64,000 bases of DNA from an uncultured virus (IMG/VR IMGVR_UViG_3300025767_000004) (taxonomy: Duplodnaviria; Heunggongvirae; Uroviricota; Caudoviricetes), in IMG/VR virus record IMGVR_UViG_3300025767_000004. One strand, written 5' to 3'. This document shows positions 29,211-38,767 of this stretch, piece by piece; position 1 is the first letter of the stretch, and each line of letters starts with the position of its first letter. The notes under the pieces are model-generated. The model was not told the DNA's origin and did no database searches. It was given only the letters and a program-made list of their open reading frames with translations. The position numbers and the translations under genes were made by a program.

Positions 29211-29510
29211 TTATCTAATACCACCTAATCCACTGTAGTTTGTGTGTGACCCAGTATTGGACCCTGTGTGTGACCCTGTGTGTGACCCAGTATTGGACCC
29301 TGTGTATGAAGTGATTACCTCACCTTCGTCACTAGACGAACCACCACCTCCGTGATTACTATCGCTAGATGTACCACCGCCGGTGTATGAACCTCCATTG
29401 TTACGAGTAGTTGTTGGTGTTACCACCACGTTACTTTTTTTCTTTGTTAATTTTTTATAAACAAAGAATACAATTGCTATTACAACTGCTACTATTAAAA
29501 ATTTCCACAT
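29211..29510 (-). CDS. Membrane-anchored Gly/Ser/Thr-rich protein
   Basis: N-terminal TM; TGSN/TGSH tetrapeptide repeats. Confidence 0.65.
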   Translation of the reverse strand: MWKFLIVAVVIAIVFFVYKKLTKKKSNVVVTPTTTRNNGGSYTGGGTSSDSNHGGGGSSSDEGEVITSYTGSNTGSHTGSHTGSNTGSHTNYSGLGGIR

Positions 29511-29523
29511 AATATATAAGTTT

Positions 29524-30171
29524 TTAAGGTTTATGTATTTTACCTATACTGTATCGTTTAATACCCATAGGTTTTAACGTATTTAAAATCTTTTCTTCTA
29601 ATTTAAACACAGTTTCTTTATTTCTATCATTAACTGAGTCGGTTAATAAATTAATCTCCTCATTTTCTTGGTCAATTATATCAATAATCATAATTTGTTC
29701 TTCAGTGAAATAAACGCTATCAACATCAATGACTTTGTTTAGTTGAAGTCTTACATCGTCTAACACTGTTAACAATGATTTATTTAATTTAGATAACTCA
29801 CCACAATTAATGTGGTAATCATCTTTATATTTTTTATTTGATATACTGATTATCTTAAATGTCTTAATTATAGACTTATTTATGATATTAGTCAATGTAA
29901 CGTGGATATCTTGATATACCCATCCAGTATCTTTAAAGATAGAATCGTAGTAGTATTCTACGTAATCTCCCTCTTTAGGTTTTAAATTTTCAACTTCATA
30001 CCAGTTATTACCGTTAAAAGTGACTTTTCCTTTTAAATCCCATATACTTAAATAAAGAACCCCCGAACAAACCTTAGGTGAGTTCGTTGTGAATGTGAAT
30101 GATGCGTATGGATGTGAAACCGTAAAGGTCTTATCCGTTAATTCAATTAATGTATCATTTATACTCATCAT
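29524..30171 (-). CDS. Hypothetical protein
   Basis: 215-aa ORF; TATTTAT upstream. Confidence 0.6.
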   Translation of the reverse strand: MMSINDTLIELTDKTFTVSHPYASFTFTTNSPKVCSGVLYLSIWDLKGKVTFNGNNWYEVENLKPKEGDYVEYYYDSIFKDTGWVYQDIHVTLTNIINKSIIKTFKIISISNKKYKDDYHINCGELSKLNKSLLTVLDDVRLQLNKVIDVDSVYFTEEQIMIIDIIDQENEEINLLTDSVNDRNKETVFKLEEKILNTLKPMGIKRYSIGKIHKP

Positions 30172-30219
30172 ATACTATATAAATATTTATAATTAATAAA
30201 TAATCACTATATTATTGTT

Positions 30220-30438
30220 ATGAGTAAAATATCTGATACAATAATCGCTTGGTATGACGAAATGATTAGTCATCACGAGAGTGTTGAAAATTACGAAGCG
30301 TGTAATTTTCTGAAGATTTCTAAAGAGTCATACTTAGACTTCCAAAAGGAAGGTACGGTACTATTTAGAGGTGAGAGATACACGGCAGAAGAGGTTATTG
30401 AGATATTAAAAGAAATTAAAGATAAACGGCCTCAATAG
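30220..30438 (+). CDS. Small hypothetical protein
   Basis: ENYEAC motif. Confidence 0.6.
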   Translation: MSKISDTIIAWYDEMISHHESVENYEACNFLKISKESYLDFQKEGTVLFRGERYTAEEVIEILKEIKDKRPQ

Positions 30439-30517
30439 GAGGCATTTTAGGACCGTCTATAGTTATAGGCGAAACAAAGGGGGAATTCGCTACTCCCCCT
30501 TTACTAAAAACAAAAGA

Positions 30518-31408
30518 ATGTTAGGAATCCATACAGTATATACGAAACCAAAAAGTGTGTTTGATGATAAGTCAGTACATGAAAATCAATATCTATTTGA
30601 GGTACTCACTATGGTATTATCCTGTTTAAATTGGAAAAGACACTGTGGTCCAATAAAATTATATTGTGACCAACCCTTTTATGATTATATTGATGATTTA
30701 GAATTACTGTGGTTATGGGATGAAATTGATACTGAAACTATACAGAACATACCTGGTGATTATGATAGTAATATTTATTGGGCATATGCTAAAGTATATA
30801 TCAATTCACTACAAACCCAACCATTTGCCAGTTTAGATACAGACCTTTATATTAGGGGTGGGTTTAAAGAAGGTGATTTTGATATTTTATTTTGTAATAT
30901 TGAGAAATGTGACAACAAATTTGGTTATCCTCCGTATCATAAGATGGAGGAATATAATGAACATTTAATCTTTGATGGGGTCAATGATTATGCCGCTAAT
31001 GTTGCTTTATTAGTGGTTAATGATTTAGATTTCTATAAGGAGTATGTTAACGTTGTAAATGAATTTGTTTTTAACACAAAAAAAGGGCCTTTAGAGGGTA
31101 GTGCTCAGTCATCTTTAATGACTTTTACTGAACAAAGAATACTCTATGGTATGTTAGTAGATTATAATAAAAAGTTCGACCATCACGTTGAAGGTATGTA
31201 CGATTCAGGAACAACTCTTTTTGAGGATGAATGGTTTAATGCCAATAACTTAACTCATTTGTGGGGATGGAAACATATGTGGAAAATGGAAAGAAACGAA
31301 CATAAACGTAATAAATTAACCAACGAGTTAATCGAAGAGGTAATGAATGACTTCCCTGATGACTGGGATAAGTGTTATACTATGTTACGTAAAGTTAAAT
31401 TTATATAA
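30518..31408 (+). CDS. DUF6734-like putative glycosyltransferase
   Basis: LYCD, WAYAK, SLDTD (DxD), ANVAL, EQR, HLWG. Confidence 0.65.
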   Translation: MLGIHTVYTKPKSVFDDKSVHENQYLFEVLTMVLSCLNWKRHCGPIKLYCDQPFYDYIDDLELLWLWDEIDTETIQNIPGDYDSNIYWAYAKVYINSLQTQPFASLDTDLYIRGGFKEGDFDILFCNIEKCDNKFGYPPYHKMEEYNEHLIFDGVNDYAANVALLVVNDLDFYKEYVNVVNEFVFNTKKGPLEGSAQSSLMTFTEQRILYGMLVDYNKKFDHHVEGMYDSGTTLFEDEWFNANNLTHLWGWKHMWKMERNEHKRNKLTNELIEEVMNDFPDDWDKCYTMLRKVKFI

Positions 31409-31439
31409 GGTTTAAACTATTTATATAAAACAAATTAAT

Positions 31440-31754
31440 ATGAATCCAAATTACACTCAAAGAGAAAAAATAATTTCATATCTAACCCTTAGGAGATACG
31501 ATACCAAATGGGGTGAAATTTATAGAGACATGCGTGAAGAAATGAAGTCTATAGGTGTTACTGACCCAACAAGAGTTACTCAAATAACCCCTAGATTAAT
31601 TCACCTTAAAGGTAAGATGAATACTATTCATGAAAAACTACGTAATGAGTTGAAGTTATTTAATGTTGATGGAATCGAAGAGGCTAACGAACTAATTATA
31701 GATTTGTTTAAAGATACTGCCGACAAAATTGATAAAGAAGTACCGTTAGGTTAA
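31440..31754 (+). CDS. Hypothetical protein
   Basis: 104-aa ORF; TATTTAT upstream. Confidence 0.6.
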   Translation: MNPNYTQREKIISYLTLRRYDTKWGEIYRDMREEMKSIGVTDPTRVTQITPRLIHLKGKMNTIHEKLRNELKLFNVDGIEEANELIIDLFKDTADKIDKEVPLG

Positions 31755-32167
31755 CTTCTTTCTTTTTTTGATTCTAACTCGTCAAAAGACTTAGATGCTA
31801 TCATATCCTGTAAGTTTTTAATCTCTTGACTTAACTCCTCATCTCTTTTTTCAGACTCACCCTTTTTCTCGAATGATTTGAATTTCTTATTTTGAGATGC
31901 GTATTTGGTGTCTGTAGTATAAGCTTTGTTATGAGACCCTGCATCGTCTAAACCTTTCTCAACACGTATCATTCTTTTATATAATTCTTTAACTGCCTTT
32001 TGAACATCCTGTAGAGAATTAAACTTACTTAGTATGATAGTATCAGATAAGAATTCCGGTAAATCATAATCAACAACATCTGAGTTGTTTCCATATAATC
32101 CCTGTTCGTTCAGTGTGTCTTTAAGTACTTCCTTAAATTGTACTTCAGTTATTTTAATTTTCTTCAT
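31751..32167 (-). CDS. Hypothetical protein, candidate head-packaged
   Basis: MKKIKITEVQF...LNEQ. Confidence 0.65.
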   Translation of the reverse strand: MKKIKITEVQFKEVLKDTLNEQGLYGNNSDVVDYDLPEFLSDTIILSKFNSLQDVQKAVKELYKRMIRVEKGLDDAGSHNKAYTTDTKYASQNKKFKSFEKKGESEKRDEELSQEIKNLQDMIASKSFDELESKKERS

Positions 32168-32249
32168 TATAATAAAATGATTTTCTTTATGTCGTATACT
32201 AATAAATATAAAGTTATTTGCTATTTATATAGGTAAAACAGAAAAATGT

Positions 32250-32912
32250 ATGGATTTTGAAAAAGTAGAGGAAAGTTTTGATACTATGTTTAAATCTCTA
32301 AACGGTGAGATTTTTATGATTGGTAATTCAATTAAGGTTAAATACTTAGGGTTGAATGATACCATTATTAATGCTGGTGGTTCGTATATTCTAACACCTA
32401 ACTTTGAATTTATTTCAACAAATAAAAGTTTCACATATGAATACATAGTTTCTCAGACTTTAAAAAAATTGGGTAAAGTCTCTAAGTATTTAGGGTTAAA
32501 TGAGAAGACTTTTAATGTTACTGTGAGTTATGACTTACCTGAGTTTTACATTACCGAAGAAGATAATAAACATATCAATACCTTTTTAAAGGGTATAAAA
32601 ACTTTAACTTTAGAGTCTAATATGGAACAATCTATCGAGGTAACTCCAATAGATTGGTCTTATCGTCACGATTCGGAATATAATGAAATAATGTTAATTG
32701 AGTTCCAATTCTTCATAAAAGGGGGTAGTATAACTATTAGAACGGGGGAAAAGTTAAATTTACCTTCAACACCAGATAATGACTTCTATATTCAAAATAC
32801 TTTTGATGGTTCAGAAATAAAAGAGTTAAAGGACTGTGTAGATAGTTTATCATCTAGAACCCTTATGACGCCAGGTATGGACTTTAGATATAGAGTTATC
32901 CCTATATTTTAA
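32250..32912 (+). CDS. Hypothetical protein
   Basis: 220-aa ORF; TATTTAT upstream. Confidence 0.6.
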   Translation: MDFEKVEESFDTMFKSLNGEIFMIGNSIKVKYLGLNDTIINAGGSYILTPNFEFISTNKSFTYEYIVSQTLKKLGKVSKYLGLNEKTFNVTVSYDLPEFYITEEDNKHINTFLKGIKTLTLESNMEQSIEVTPIDWSYRHDSEYNEIMLIEFQFFIKGGSITIRTGEKLNLPSTPDNDFYIQNTFDGSEIKELKDCVDSLSSRTLMTPGMDFRYRVIPIF

Positions 32913-32989
32913 TTTTAAACAGTCGTATTCATATACTTGAAAAGTTTATTTTATTTACTATTATTAAATAAAATTAAACAGTCGTTAAT

Positions 32990-33541
32990 ATGCAATTTAG
33001 AAAAACATTTATTGAGGGTCCGTATGAATTCACGCCGACAACTCGAAAAGTAGAGAACGTTCAAATCACTGAAACCTATAATCAGATACTATTAGAATCT
33101 AACGGTTTTAATTATAAGTTTATTCAGGACGAAACTATCGTGGTTGATAAAGGAGTTTTTATTGGGATTCATTGTCAGATGCCTCCATATACTCAGGGTA
33201 AATTAGTTACTTGCTTAAAAGGTAAGATAATTGACTTTGCAATTGACCTTAGAAGAGGTTCAGACACTTATGGTCAATGGGAGAGTGTGATATTGGATTC
33301 AGAAAAAATGAATCAGTTTTGGATTCCTCCTGGATTCGGTCACGCATACTACTCACTTGAGGATGGTTCGGAATTATCTTGTAGAAGTACTAACCTTTAT
33401 GACGAAAAAAGTGAGGTAGTAATTGATTACAGAGATGAAGATTTCAACTTACCACTAAGAGACTTAAAAGACATTAAAGTGTCTAAGAAAGACTCTGAGG
33501 GGATTAGTTTTATGGAATTCAACAAAAAAAATCCTTGGTAG
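32990..33541 (+). CDS. rfbC: dTDP-4-dehydrorhamnose 3,5-epimerase-like protein with degenerate active site
   Basis: GIH.Q..PYTQGKLV, D.AIDLR.GS.TYGQW, WIPPGFGH; several catalytic positions altered. Confidence 0.75.
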   Translation: MQFRKTFIEGPYEFTPTTRKVENVQITETYNQILLESNGFNYKFIQDETIVVDKGVFIGIHCQMPPYTQGKLVTCLKGKIIDFAIDLRRGSDTYGQWESVILDSEKMNQFWIPPGFGHAYYSLEDGSELSCRSTNLYDEKSEVVIDYRDEDFNLPLRDLKDIKVSKKDSEGISFMEFNKKNPW

Positions 33542-33544
33542 AGT

Positions 33545-33574
33545 TTGTGTAGTCAATATTTTATCTTATCTTTG
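33545..33574 (+). promoter_or_regulatory. Bacteroidota primary-sigma promoter
   Basis: TTG-N19-TATCTTTG upstream of 33597. Confidence 0.75.
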
Positions 33575-33596
33575 TAGTGAACAAAAAAGGAAAGAT

Positions 33597-33932
33597 ATGG
33601 CTAAGAGAGAAAAACTTTGGAGAAACGTAAACAACGAGTATAACTACCAATTCAATTGGATTGATGAAAATGGTGATACTACGGGTTTCAATGATGTTTG
33701 GGCAGCTAACAAACGTGAGGCCGTGAAAAGAGCTAAGAAAATGGAGACAAAGGCTCATTGGTCACTTTGGTCTGAGGACGAAAGAAAGTATATTACAGTA
33801 CCTAATGAAGTTAAGGGTCAAGGTCATTGTTTCAGAATGAAAGGGATGTATGTCGATGTAAAGTCAATGTATAAGGCAACCTACAGTCAGGCCAACAGAA
33901 TGAATGAATTAGGTTGGATGATGAGTATTTAA
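33597..33932 (+). CDS. Hypothetical protein (probable early gene)
   Basis: 111-aa ORF after host-type promoter. Confidence 0.7.
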   Translation: MAKREKLWRNVNNEYNYQFNWIDENGDTTGFNDVWAANKREAVKRAKKMETKAHWSLWSEDERKYITVPNEVKGQGHCFRMKGMYVDVKSMYKATYSQANRMNELGWMMSI

Positions 33933-33943
33933 AATAATTAATT

Positions 33944-34198
33944 ATGATAAAAGAGTGGAAAGAGGATATTATTTTTGAATTCGATAATGGTTATCGAGTA
34001 AGAATCCCTTACGTTAAAAGTACCAATTTAGCAATACCAACAAAACCCGTGTTTGACGTTTTAGGTCCTAATGATGAGTACCTAACTCCAAACTTTACAA
34101 ATAAGAAATACCTTAAAGGTGTTACGGCAGATGAGCTAATAACTATACTGTCAAAGATAAAAGATTTAGAACCAAATAGACAATTCGATATATTATGA
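33944..34198 (+). CDS. Hypothetical protein
   Basis: 84-aa ORF in operon. Confidence 0.6.
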   Translation: MIKEWKEDIIFEFDNGYRVRIPYVKSTNLAIPTKPVFDVLGPNDEYLTPNFTNKKYLKGVTADELITILSKIKDLEPNRQFDIL

Positions 34199-34440
34199 GT
34201 AATACAACAGAACCTAAATATTCATTATTTAATGGACAGATTAAATTCGATGACCCAGCAGAATTAAAAAAATACATTCAAAATGCTGACGGTCCTGAAA
34301 TAGCCAAGATACTTAGTAATGTCTTAGACACGGCAAACTTAAGTGGGTCATACACCTTAGGGGAATCAGTAATGGTTTCTGAAATTTTTGAGAGAACTAT
34401 GGCACTACTTTCATTAGTAACTAAAAAAGTTGAACAGTAA
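34195..34440 (+). CDS. Hypothetical protein
   Basis: 81-aa ORF, overlapping ATGA. Confidence 0.6.
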   Translation: MSNTTEPKYSLFNGQIKFDDPAELKKYIQNADGPEIAKILSNVLDTANLSGSYTLGESVMVSEIFERTMALLSLVTKKVEQ

Positions 34441-34547
34441 TGATTAAGAACATAATTAAATTATTTGTAGTTGGGGTTGGACTTTACCTATTCAAAGAAG
34501 TCACGGATAAATGGGTTGAAAATAAAGAGTCAAAAGAAGAGTAGGTA

Positions 34548-34943
34548 ATGAGATTAATTACAACACACCCAATCAAGAAAAGTGATTTGGGTTTCCACGC
34601 AAATCTTTTCGGGGGTAAATTATTAGCATGGTTAGATGCTTCAGCAGCGGCATACGCGATGGAATTTTGTGATACACCAAGAATGGTGACGGTAAAGATT
34701 GACGAATGTGTTTTTAATAAACCTGCTAAGGAGGGTCAACTTATAAAGATATACGGTAAGGTTGATGAGATAGGTAATACATCGATTACTATGTACTTAG
34801 AGGCTCGTGCTCACAACGTTTATAGTGGTGACCAAACAACTATATTGTCTACTAAATTTAAGTTCGTTAGAATTGATGAAAATAATGAGTCAATACCTAT
34901 TTCTCAAAAGGTGAAAAATAAGTTTAAGGAGACTAATTATTAA
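34548..34943 (+). CDS. Hotdog-fold acyl-CoA thioesterase (YciA-like)
   Basis: NLFGGKLLAWLD, MVTV, F.KP, GNTSI, FVRID. Confidence 0.85.
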   Translation: MRLITTHPIKKSDLGFHANLFGGKLLAWLDASAAAYAMEFCDTPRMVTVKIDECVFNKPAKEGQLIKIYGKVDEIGNTSITMYLEARAHNVYSGDQTTILSTKFKFVRIDENNESIPISQKVKNKFKETNY

Positions 34944-36034
34944 TTTTTATTTTCTTTGAAGTATTGGTGAATGATGGACTCTTCTAGTTGGTCTTCATAA
35001 ACACTACTTTCTTCACCCCATGATATAAAACTATCACCATCAACAGAGGGTTTAACTCCATTTACTGAAGAAACTATAATTTCATCTCTCGTATAAAATT
35101 CGTACTCACCACTGAGCATAAGCTTGTTCATCTTATATATCTCGTCTGATAGGTTTTCATATTCCCTAAGACCTAAATACCCTACATTATCTTCGTAGGC
35201 TATGGTATCAAATAATGCACAAATGCCGGATGAAATATCGGTAGTTATAGTTATGTTATTTAACTTATCCTCATCTATATGGTTAAATAATATACTTGAT
35301 AATGTCCCACTTAAAAGATGAAACTGACCATCTCCAGATTCGACATCTAATTTTACCCCGTGAAAAGTATCACCATTTAAATCTGCGTTTTTTATGTAGT
35401 TAATTGCAGCGTCGACTTTATCCTGAGATAAGTCCTGAGTATTTGGTCCTGAATGTCTATCTCTTTTACTTATCTTATCTATTACGATTTCAAAATCTAA
35501 TGAAGTTACATAATAAACGTCATCAATAAAGAAATTACTTTTACTCCAACCACTTGGTTCTATAACGTTAGAAATAGTATAGTCGATTATAAATGAAGAC
35601 CCCGTAAAAAATCTACCTTTTTGTCCAATAAATCGGTTAGATAATTCTTTAAATGAGTATTTTTCGGGAACGACCATATTCTTTAATTCTGGAATTGATT
35701 TTGTCCTCCACCATTCACTTACATCCAGATGTTTGTTGGTGAAAGTATACTCTTCTCCGTTCACATCTGCAGATACTTTAAAAAATATTTCTTCACCAAT
35801 ACTATCTACAATTCGATATTTCTTTACCTCGTTTATTATTGATTCAGTAATATAAAGACCTAAAGATTCTGAACTTAGTAACCAATCTCCCTGATATGTG
35901 TAATTAAAGCACAGTATGGGGTGTGTTTTATTTATGTGCATCTCGCACACTCCTTCATACGTTAAGCCCTTAAATGGTAACTTTAAGGGTACTATCTTTA
36001 AAAACTTATTTAGGTTAATTATATTTTGGTCCAT
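34940..36034 (-). CDS. Hypothetical protein
   Basis: 364-aa ORF; TATTTAT upstream. Confidence 0.65.
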   Translation of the reverse strand: MDQNIINLNKFLKIVPLKLPFKGLTYEGVCEMHINKTHPILCFNYTYQGDWLLSSESLGLYITESIINEVKKYRIVDSIGEEIFFKVSADVNGEEYTFTNKHLDVSEWWRTKSIPELKNMVVPEKYSFKELSNRFIGQKGRFFTGSSFIIDYTISNVIEPSGWSKSNFFIDDVYYVTSLDFEIVIDKISKRDRHSGPNTQDLSQDKVDAAINYIKNADLNGDTFHGVKLDVESGDGQFHLLSGTLSSILFNHIDEDKLNNITITTDISSGICALFDTIAYEDNVGYLGLREYENLSDEIYKMNKLMLSGEYEFYTRDEIIVSSVNGVKPSVDGDSFISWGEESSVYEDQLEESIIHQYFKENKN

Positions 36035-36109
36035 ATATATTATAAATACTAAATAAATTAGTTTGTTTAATCCGTATATTTTAATTAATTTTACTTAAAA
36101 TATTTTAGT

Positions 36110-36694
36110 ATGATAAAAACAAAAATTATTAATTTATTCGGTGGTCCTGGTGTTGGTAAGTCTACGACCGCAGCGAAGGTATTTAGTGAATTACAACTTA
36201 AGGGGTATAAGTGTGACTTACCTTATGAGTTTCCGAAACAGGTTGCGTGGGAGTCTAATGTGTCCCAAATAAGTGACCAGTCATATATTTTCTCAAACCA
36301 ACATAGGGGAATCGTGAGGTCCTTTGGTAAGGTAGATTACATTATACTTGACTCTCCAATATTATTATCTATAGTTTATAAAAATCGATACCATCAGGGG
36401 TATCCTTCAAATCTATACGGAGATTCGTTCGATAACTTTGTATTAGAAGTTTTTAAAGGTTATGATAATATTAACTTTGTATTAGAAAGAAACACCGAGA
36501 CTTTTGAGGAGAATGGTCGACTACAGACTAAAGAAGAATCATTAGAGATTGATAACGATATTGTTAATCTCTTAACAAATAATGACATCGATTATGTTCC
36601 AATTAATCAGACTAACGATATTGGAGATAGAATCGCAGAACATTTGGTTCTGTTAGATAAGTCAGAAAAAAATATTATTGAAATATATGAGTGA
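36110..36694 (+). CDS. P-loop kinase/ATPase (NadR-like, AAA_28)
   Basis: INLFGGPGVGKST, DSP, GR.Q. Confidence 0.75.
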   Translation: MIKTKIINLFGGPGVGKSTTAAKVFSELQLKGYKCDLPYEFPKQVAWESNVSQISDQSYIFSNQHRGIVRSFGKVDYIILDSPILLSIVYKNRYHQGYPSNLYGDSFDNFVLEVFKGYDNINFVLERNTETFEENGRLQTKEESLEIDNDIVNLLTNNDIDYVPINQTNDIGDRIAEHLVLLDKSEKNIIEIYE

Positions 36695-37130
36695 TAGAGA
36701 AATAATGGAAGCTAAGGGGTTTAGTAGAAAATATACTAAAGGTGTTATTGCTGGTAACTTTGATGTGATACATCCAGGATACATAAAAATGTTTAAGGAC
36801 GCAAAAAAAGAGTGTGATGTATTAGTCGTACTTCTTCATACTGACCCTTCAGTTGAAAGACCTGAGAAATTAAAGCCTATACTTTCTATTGAGGAGAGAA
36901 GAGAAACGCTAATGGAGTTGAGGTCAATTAACGATGTTTTTATTTACACATATGAGGCACAACTAATTGACTTACTTAAAATGGGCGAGTTTGATATCCG
37001 TTTCTTAGGTGATGACTATATTGGTAAACCATTTACGGGAGACAATTTAGATATTAAAATTCACTACTTAGATAGAAGTCACGGATGGTCAACAACTAAA
37101 TTTAAAAAATTAATATCTGAAACTATATAA
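36687..37130 (+). CDS. Cytidylyltransferase (TagD-like)
   Basis: GNFDVIHPGY, KP, ER, LGDDY, WSTT. Confidence 0.8.
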   Translation: MSDREIMEAKGFSRKYTKGVIAGNFDVIHPGYIKMFKDAKKECDVLVVLLHTDPSVERPEKLKPILSIEERRETLMELRSINDVFIYTYEAQLIDLLKMGEFDIRFLGDDYIGKPFTGDNLDIKIHYLDRSHGWSTTKFKKLISETI

Positions 37131-37951
37131 TGAAAATAGGAATAGTAGGACAGGGGTTTGTTGGTAATGCAGTTTATCAAAAGTTTAAGAATTATTATGA
37201 AGTATTAACTTACGACCTAAATGAGAATAAGTCGAACTCATCTAAGAGGGAAGTATATGGTTGTGAGTACGTATTCTTATGTCTACCGACCCCAATGAGT
37301 AAAGATGGTAGTTGTTATGTCGGGTACTTAGAAGATGTCTTAAACGAACTTAATTTGATTGGTGACAAAAAGACAGTCGTAATAAAATCCACTGTCATAC
37401 CAGGCACTACTAAGAGATTTAACTCATTTTATAATAATTTAAGTGTGGTATTTAATCCTGAGTTTTTAACTGAACGTAATGCAGTTAATGATTACAACAA
37501 TCAAAAAAGAATTATATTAGGAGGTCCTAGACCATCAACCACAATACTTAGACAGATTTTTAGTAAGGTATTCCCAACGGCAGATATCGTTAAAACAGAT
37601 GAAACGCACGCTGAAATGGTTAAGTATTTAACCAACACTTTTTTGGCGACAAAAGTTTCTTTTGCGAATGAAATGTACCAAATATGTAATAAGTTGGATA
37701 TTGATTACGATAAAGTAGTTGAATATTCGGTATATGACGAAAGATTAGGTAATTCTCATTGGAGTGTTCCAGGACCCGATAATGACTTAGGGTATGGTGG
37801 ACATTGTTTTCCAAAAGATGTTAAAGCTCTGATATCCCTAAGTAAGGAATTAGATGTCTTACCAACGATACTAAACGCAACAGATGAGAAAAATAACTCC
37901 GTAAGGGAAAATAGAGATTGGGAAGATATGAAAGGTAGAGCGACTTTATAA
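37130..37951 (+). CDS. UDP-glucose/GDP-mannose dehydrogenase family, lacking C-terminal domain
   Basis: GQGFVG, CLPTP, KSTV.PG, NPEFL, AEMVK, GYGGHCFPKD; only 273 aa. Confidence 0.85.
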   Translation: MKIGIVGQGFVGNAVYQKFKNYYEVLTYDLNENKSNSSKREVYGCEYVFLCLPTPMSKDGSCYVGYLEDVLNELNLIGDKKTVVIKSTVIPGTTKRFNSFYNNLSVVFNPEFLTERNAVNDYNNQKRIILGGPRPSTTILRQIFSKVFPTADIVKTDETHAEMVKYLTNTFLATKVSFANEMYQICNKLDIDYDKVVEYSVYDERLGNSHWSVPGPDNDLGYGGHCFPKDVKALISLSKELDVLPTILNATDEKNNSVRENRDWEDMKGRATL

Positions 37952-38767
37952 TTTAACGAAAGTACATTCACAATTTCCATTCACACCACTAAGATTTCCA
38001 TCAGCATTTACCTTAATTTTGTTTTCACCTTTAAGGAATTTGTTGATAATATCTTTAGATTCAGGGGAATTAATTGTGAATTCCGCACCACTCTTTGAAG
38101 TTCCAAAGATAGAGTCGTCATTTTTTAACTCAATAGTCTTAAGATTGACCTCACCATCGTAAGCTTTAATACTAAACTTATAACATTTAGCGGTTGCTTT
38201 ATACTTTAAAGTGTTGTTTTTATTAGTAACTATTAATTTACCATCTTCAACATCCATTAACGCACCACCACTGGAAATATTCTCATCTAATGGTTCGTCT
38301 TTTTCTTTAGGTTTCCAACTTTCTAAACTCACATAATTAATACCATAGTTTTCTCCCAAATGATTAAATATCACTTCAATATGTGGTCTAACAAATTCAT
38401 CCCAAAAACAATTAGGATACTCTTTATCTTTACAGGTATAGTTTTCTTTACCAATTCCTTGCACTTTAACCTTAAATCTAGCGATTCCAAACCATGTAAT
38501 ATCCATTGAGGATTCTGGTCCTTTTTTGAACTTAATTGGTTTAATATTAATATCAACTCCATCAGGTTTCTCTTGAGAGTCTGAAAGAGTCTTTATTAGG
38601 TCGTTAAGGTAGTCTGAAAAATCAACACCTTTATACTCACTATAAAGTTCATAGTATTCTTCCCACGATGGAGATTCGGTTTGAATGTATCTGAAGGACT
38701 TTAATGGGTTACCTCCAAGGGTATCCCATAATTTAAAAAGACCTTTTTTAGTTTCTCCTGTTAGCAT
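37946..38767 (-). CDS. Hypothetical protein
   Basis: 273-aa ORF with KK.L..LW motif. Confidence 0.65.
   Translation of the reverse strand: MLTGETKKGLFKLWDTLGGNPLKSFRYIQTESPSWEEYYELYSEYKGVDFSDYLNDLIKTLSDSQEKPDGVDINIKPIKFKKGPESSMDITWFGIARFKVKVQGIGKENYTCKDKEYPNCFWDEFVRPHIEVIFNHLGENYGINYVSLESWKPKEKDEPLDENISSGGALMDVEDGKLIVTNKNNTLKYKATAKCYKFSIKAYDGEVNLKTIELKNDDSIFGTSKSGAEFTINSPESKDIINKFLKGENKIKVNADGNLSGVNGNCECTFVKL

Noticed and set aside
30436..30507. Stop-codon recoding (four in-frame TAGs after ORF 30220)
   Set aside because: Genes across the window are full length in the standard code and several end at TAG next to the following start
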